Made by a program: the position numbers and the translations under genes
Assembly: GCF_963853765.1 (NCBI RefSeq)
Contig: NC_088855.1
Location: 4,340,001-4,404,000 of the forward strand
DNA length: 64,000 nt
Direction: 5' to 3'
Source of the DNA: Magallana gigas
Lineage: Eukaryota
The notes under the pieces: generated by a model
The model's input: the letters and a program-made list of their open reading frames with translations, nothing else
Told to the model about the DNA's origin: nothing
Databases searched by the model: none
In this document: in pieces, positions 60,873 to 64,000 of the stretch
How positions within the stretch are numbered: the first letter of the stretch is position 1
Layout of the letters: each line of letters begins with the position of its first letter

Positions 60873-63477
60873 GGTTTTCACCAGTACAATTTCCTTGATT
60901 TTCTGTATATCAATACATATATACAGTGGTCATTGTTTGTCAGCAAATTCCTGCATCGTGGATTCTTTATCTATTAAACACGAGAAAAAATTATTTAATG
61001 ACATGATGGAAAACGGAAAAAATATTGTATTTATGAGTTTAAATTTTAATCACTCGTATACGAATACCTTCCTTCAAAACAAAAAACTAGAAAGATGGGT
61101 ATGGGTTGCCAATGACTACCGATATATTTTGAGTTATCCTGAAGATGTGGATGTTTTCAGTTTTGGTCTGCTGAAAGCAAAACAAGATTCGTTAGAAATA
61201 AAAATAAACATTCTGAATATAACCGAAGAATGTGAGCGTCATTTTGACTCTTACATTGCTCAATATGTTTCACAAATTGTGCAAAATAGTACAAAACCCG
61301 ACTTTAGAAAAGATGCATCCAAAGGATATACATGCCATTCCAAAATTGTAAAAGACGTCGTGGGAGAATACATAAGTAATATATCTGCCGTCAATATCGG
61401 ATATCCATTCTTGTGCAACACCGACAACAGTACATCTATTGTAGAAAAATCGTATGTCAACCACATCGTTATCTTCATCGTATTATTTACCTACTGTTTT
61501 TATCCACTTGCAATGGAAATGGCATTTTATATAGAAGACAGAAAAATGCGCCAAGGATTTTATTATATGTCCGAGTCTCCGTATGGTCCATCTGTATTTT
61601 GTAAAAGAATTCTTTTCGCAGGCAATAATAAACACCTCGCAACATTGCGTGTTATTGTGATCGTAACAGTCTTAACAACTTTAGTTTACTACATAAAATC
61701 AGAATTCCACGATCTCTGTAACTGCCTGTTAAAGTCTTCAAATGATAATCAGAGTTTTCAGCATGCTGAAAACATTTATATTATTTCTCCGGAACTTGTA
61801 TTTTGGGGAGCTGTGCATTTCGTGATAATAAACGTATGCGTTTTGGTGAATTCAGATGGTATTCTTGATGATTTCGTAATTTTTGACATTTCAAATATTT
61901 TCAACCATGGTACGATTCTTAAAACCGTGAGAGTGTCTATATTTTTATCAATTAACGACGAAACGCAGAACCAACAACGACAGAAGAACGATCAACAAGA
62001 TGTTCAAGATGAGGAAGAATCATTCTCTTCTAAAAGAGAAAGCGTCAAAACAAAGCATTTAGTTTCGCACAAAATTCGAAAAATATTTCTTATCTTATCG
62101 TTTTCCTTTTGGTCAAAGATATTTTTTCTTAATAGTGTCTGTCGTAGAGATAACCAGTGCATTGTTCTTCTGCAGTCTGTGGTGTGTTTTCCTGTTAATG
62201 TCATTCTGGTGTTCGGTAGTACGTTTTGTCCGGTAGTATTCACTGTTTACGTGTTTTTTGTTAAATATTTGAATGTATTAATTGGCAAACTTATTTGTAA
62301 AATATTCAGATGTTGTAAAATATCCAAATGCTGTAAAATATTCCAATTGTGTAGAAGATCAAATTGCTGTGAAAGATCAAAATGCTGTGAAAGATCAAAA
62401 TGTTGTAAAAGATCAAAATGCCCTAATGCAGGAAAGAAACCCAGCAAAGCACTTGATGCATTTTTACAAACTGTATCTCACGTCATTACTATTTCCTATC
62501 TATTTTTGACATACAGGTACACATTCAATATATTCTTTTATGGTATGAGCTATGTTATACAGTTTTTTATATTTACTCTTTTTTTGGCAGTGCCTCATTT
62601 TTCTATTCAATCTTATATTTATATTATTTTTTTAACATCTGTAATAATTTATATCTCTAGATTCGTATTTCAATTTATAGACCTGTATAAAAGCCTTTTA
62701 GAGAAAATTCTTGACATACAAGATAAAACCAGCATACGGATCGAACATTTCGACGAAATCGTAGAAAAACACTTTCCTCTATCTAACGAAATATTTTACT
62801 TATTTGTAAAGATTATGTTTTCATGCCTATTTTTTGCCATTATTTATGATACCATGCAGACGGTTGGCTACATCAGAATCGGAGCACAACCGGACTTGAC
62901 AACTGTCATTTCCCTTATTTTCTTATTTGGACCACCACGTCTTGTAGAGGCATTATTGATGACAGATTTTACAAGTCGTGTTCACATGAAAGAAAAAGAA
63001 ATAAAAGACGACCTTGAAAAAACTATGGAAAGAAATACTAAAGAGAATGAAACTATCAAACCAATTTACCCTCCATTTTTTACAGAGAGGGAAAGGAAAC
63101 TTTGTTGCATAGAGTGGTTGATAAGCCAGTGGAGAAACGTAAGACCCGGTAATTCAAACGTAGCGCTCAAACATTCGGAATACCGTACGAGCAGTTGTTG
63201 TAAATATAATCCAAAGTTATTCTGGTTGCGGTGGTTATGCATGTTTTGCTGTGGTTGTTGCAACTGTATATTTGATAGTAAAGGATATTGTGAACATTGT
63301 GTTATATTGAAAACGGGTTTCAGATCACCTGAGAATTCCACTGATGAAGATGAAGAGTCAAAAAATGACAATGTACAAATTACTACCTTGAAAATACCAT
63401 GTGTTTGCATTGAACAGGAACTTACAGAAATTGAAATTAATGACGGGGAAGACACTGTAGATGAAACACGCTTCTGA
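60873..63477 (+). CDS. Paralogue D main exon: uncharacterised multi-pass membrane protein, 868 aa when spliced to AT at 56585-56586
   Basis: Uninterrupted ORF open from the acceptor, with no ATG before the end of the signal-like segment (VFTSTISLIFCISIHIYSGHCLSA). Same motif order as paralogue A. 7 x 18-bp Cys-rich repeat at 62296-62421. AATAAA near 63860. Confidence 0.92.
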
Positions 63478-64000
63478 GCAGACCTATATTGGCATTGATA
63501 AGGAATGTTTACCAACTTTAAGAACCCCAATAATTATACTTTTTGCAATGTCGTTTTTGAAACCTTATATCTTTAATTATTATCATTTTTTATATGTTCT
63601 CTATTTTTTATATTAAGTTATATTGTAATGTTTTATAAATTGCATCATAACTTTAACGACTGTAAAACGTTTGCAGATTTAAGAAATGAAAGCGCTTACG
63701 TTTTGCAATTAGTGTTGCTTTTTTTCTCTTTTTTTCATAATGTGTGTGTTTTCTATTATTCTTTATATTAAGTGTTGTTTCAGTATGTTATACATGTATA
63801 TGCATTTCTATTAAAAGTTTACTTACCTTTATGTACTTGAGTTTTCTATCACCATAGCAAATAAAGGATTTTATTTTTTACATTAACATCTTTCTTTTAA
63901 CAGATTGTTTCACTGATTGTAAAAAGTAAGTTAAATTAATTAAATTACTGTTAATGTACATCCGTACGTTAACTTAAAAAAACCCAGCCAAATCGCCTCC

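Overview
AT-rich, repeat-dense eukaryotic DNA. The repeat types resemble those of bivalve molluscs such as oysters; this is an inference, not a taxonomic assignment. The host content is a same-strand tandem cluster of four paralogues of an uncharacterised membrane-protein family with a signal peptide, a Cys-containing ectodomain, about 8-10 TM helices and Cys-rich cytosolic parts. Copy A (18054-21534, 1160 aa) and copy D (60873-63477, 868 aa) are intact, copy C (36662-39485) is a pseudogene and copy B (30340-31130) is a fragment. Copies A, C and D each have a homologous upstream first exon ending AT|GTAAGT and a large exon starting AG|G, so the initiator ATG appears to be split by the intron. 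The rest is nested mobile DNA. A 14.4-kb TA-flanked TIR element carries a small gene interrupted by a BEL/Pao retrotransposon, which in turn contains a young gag-only LTR element. Other elements are a decayed Gypsy, L1/Tx1-like fragments, Helentron/HINE-like pieces, Kolobok-, hAT-, Mutator- and Harbinger-like MITEs, two foldback-type elements and several palindromic minisatellites. No rRNA, convincing tRNA or CRISPR array was found. All alignments, identities and TM counts are by eye, and no database search was run.
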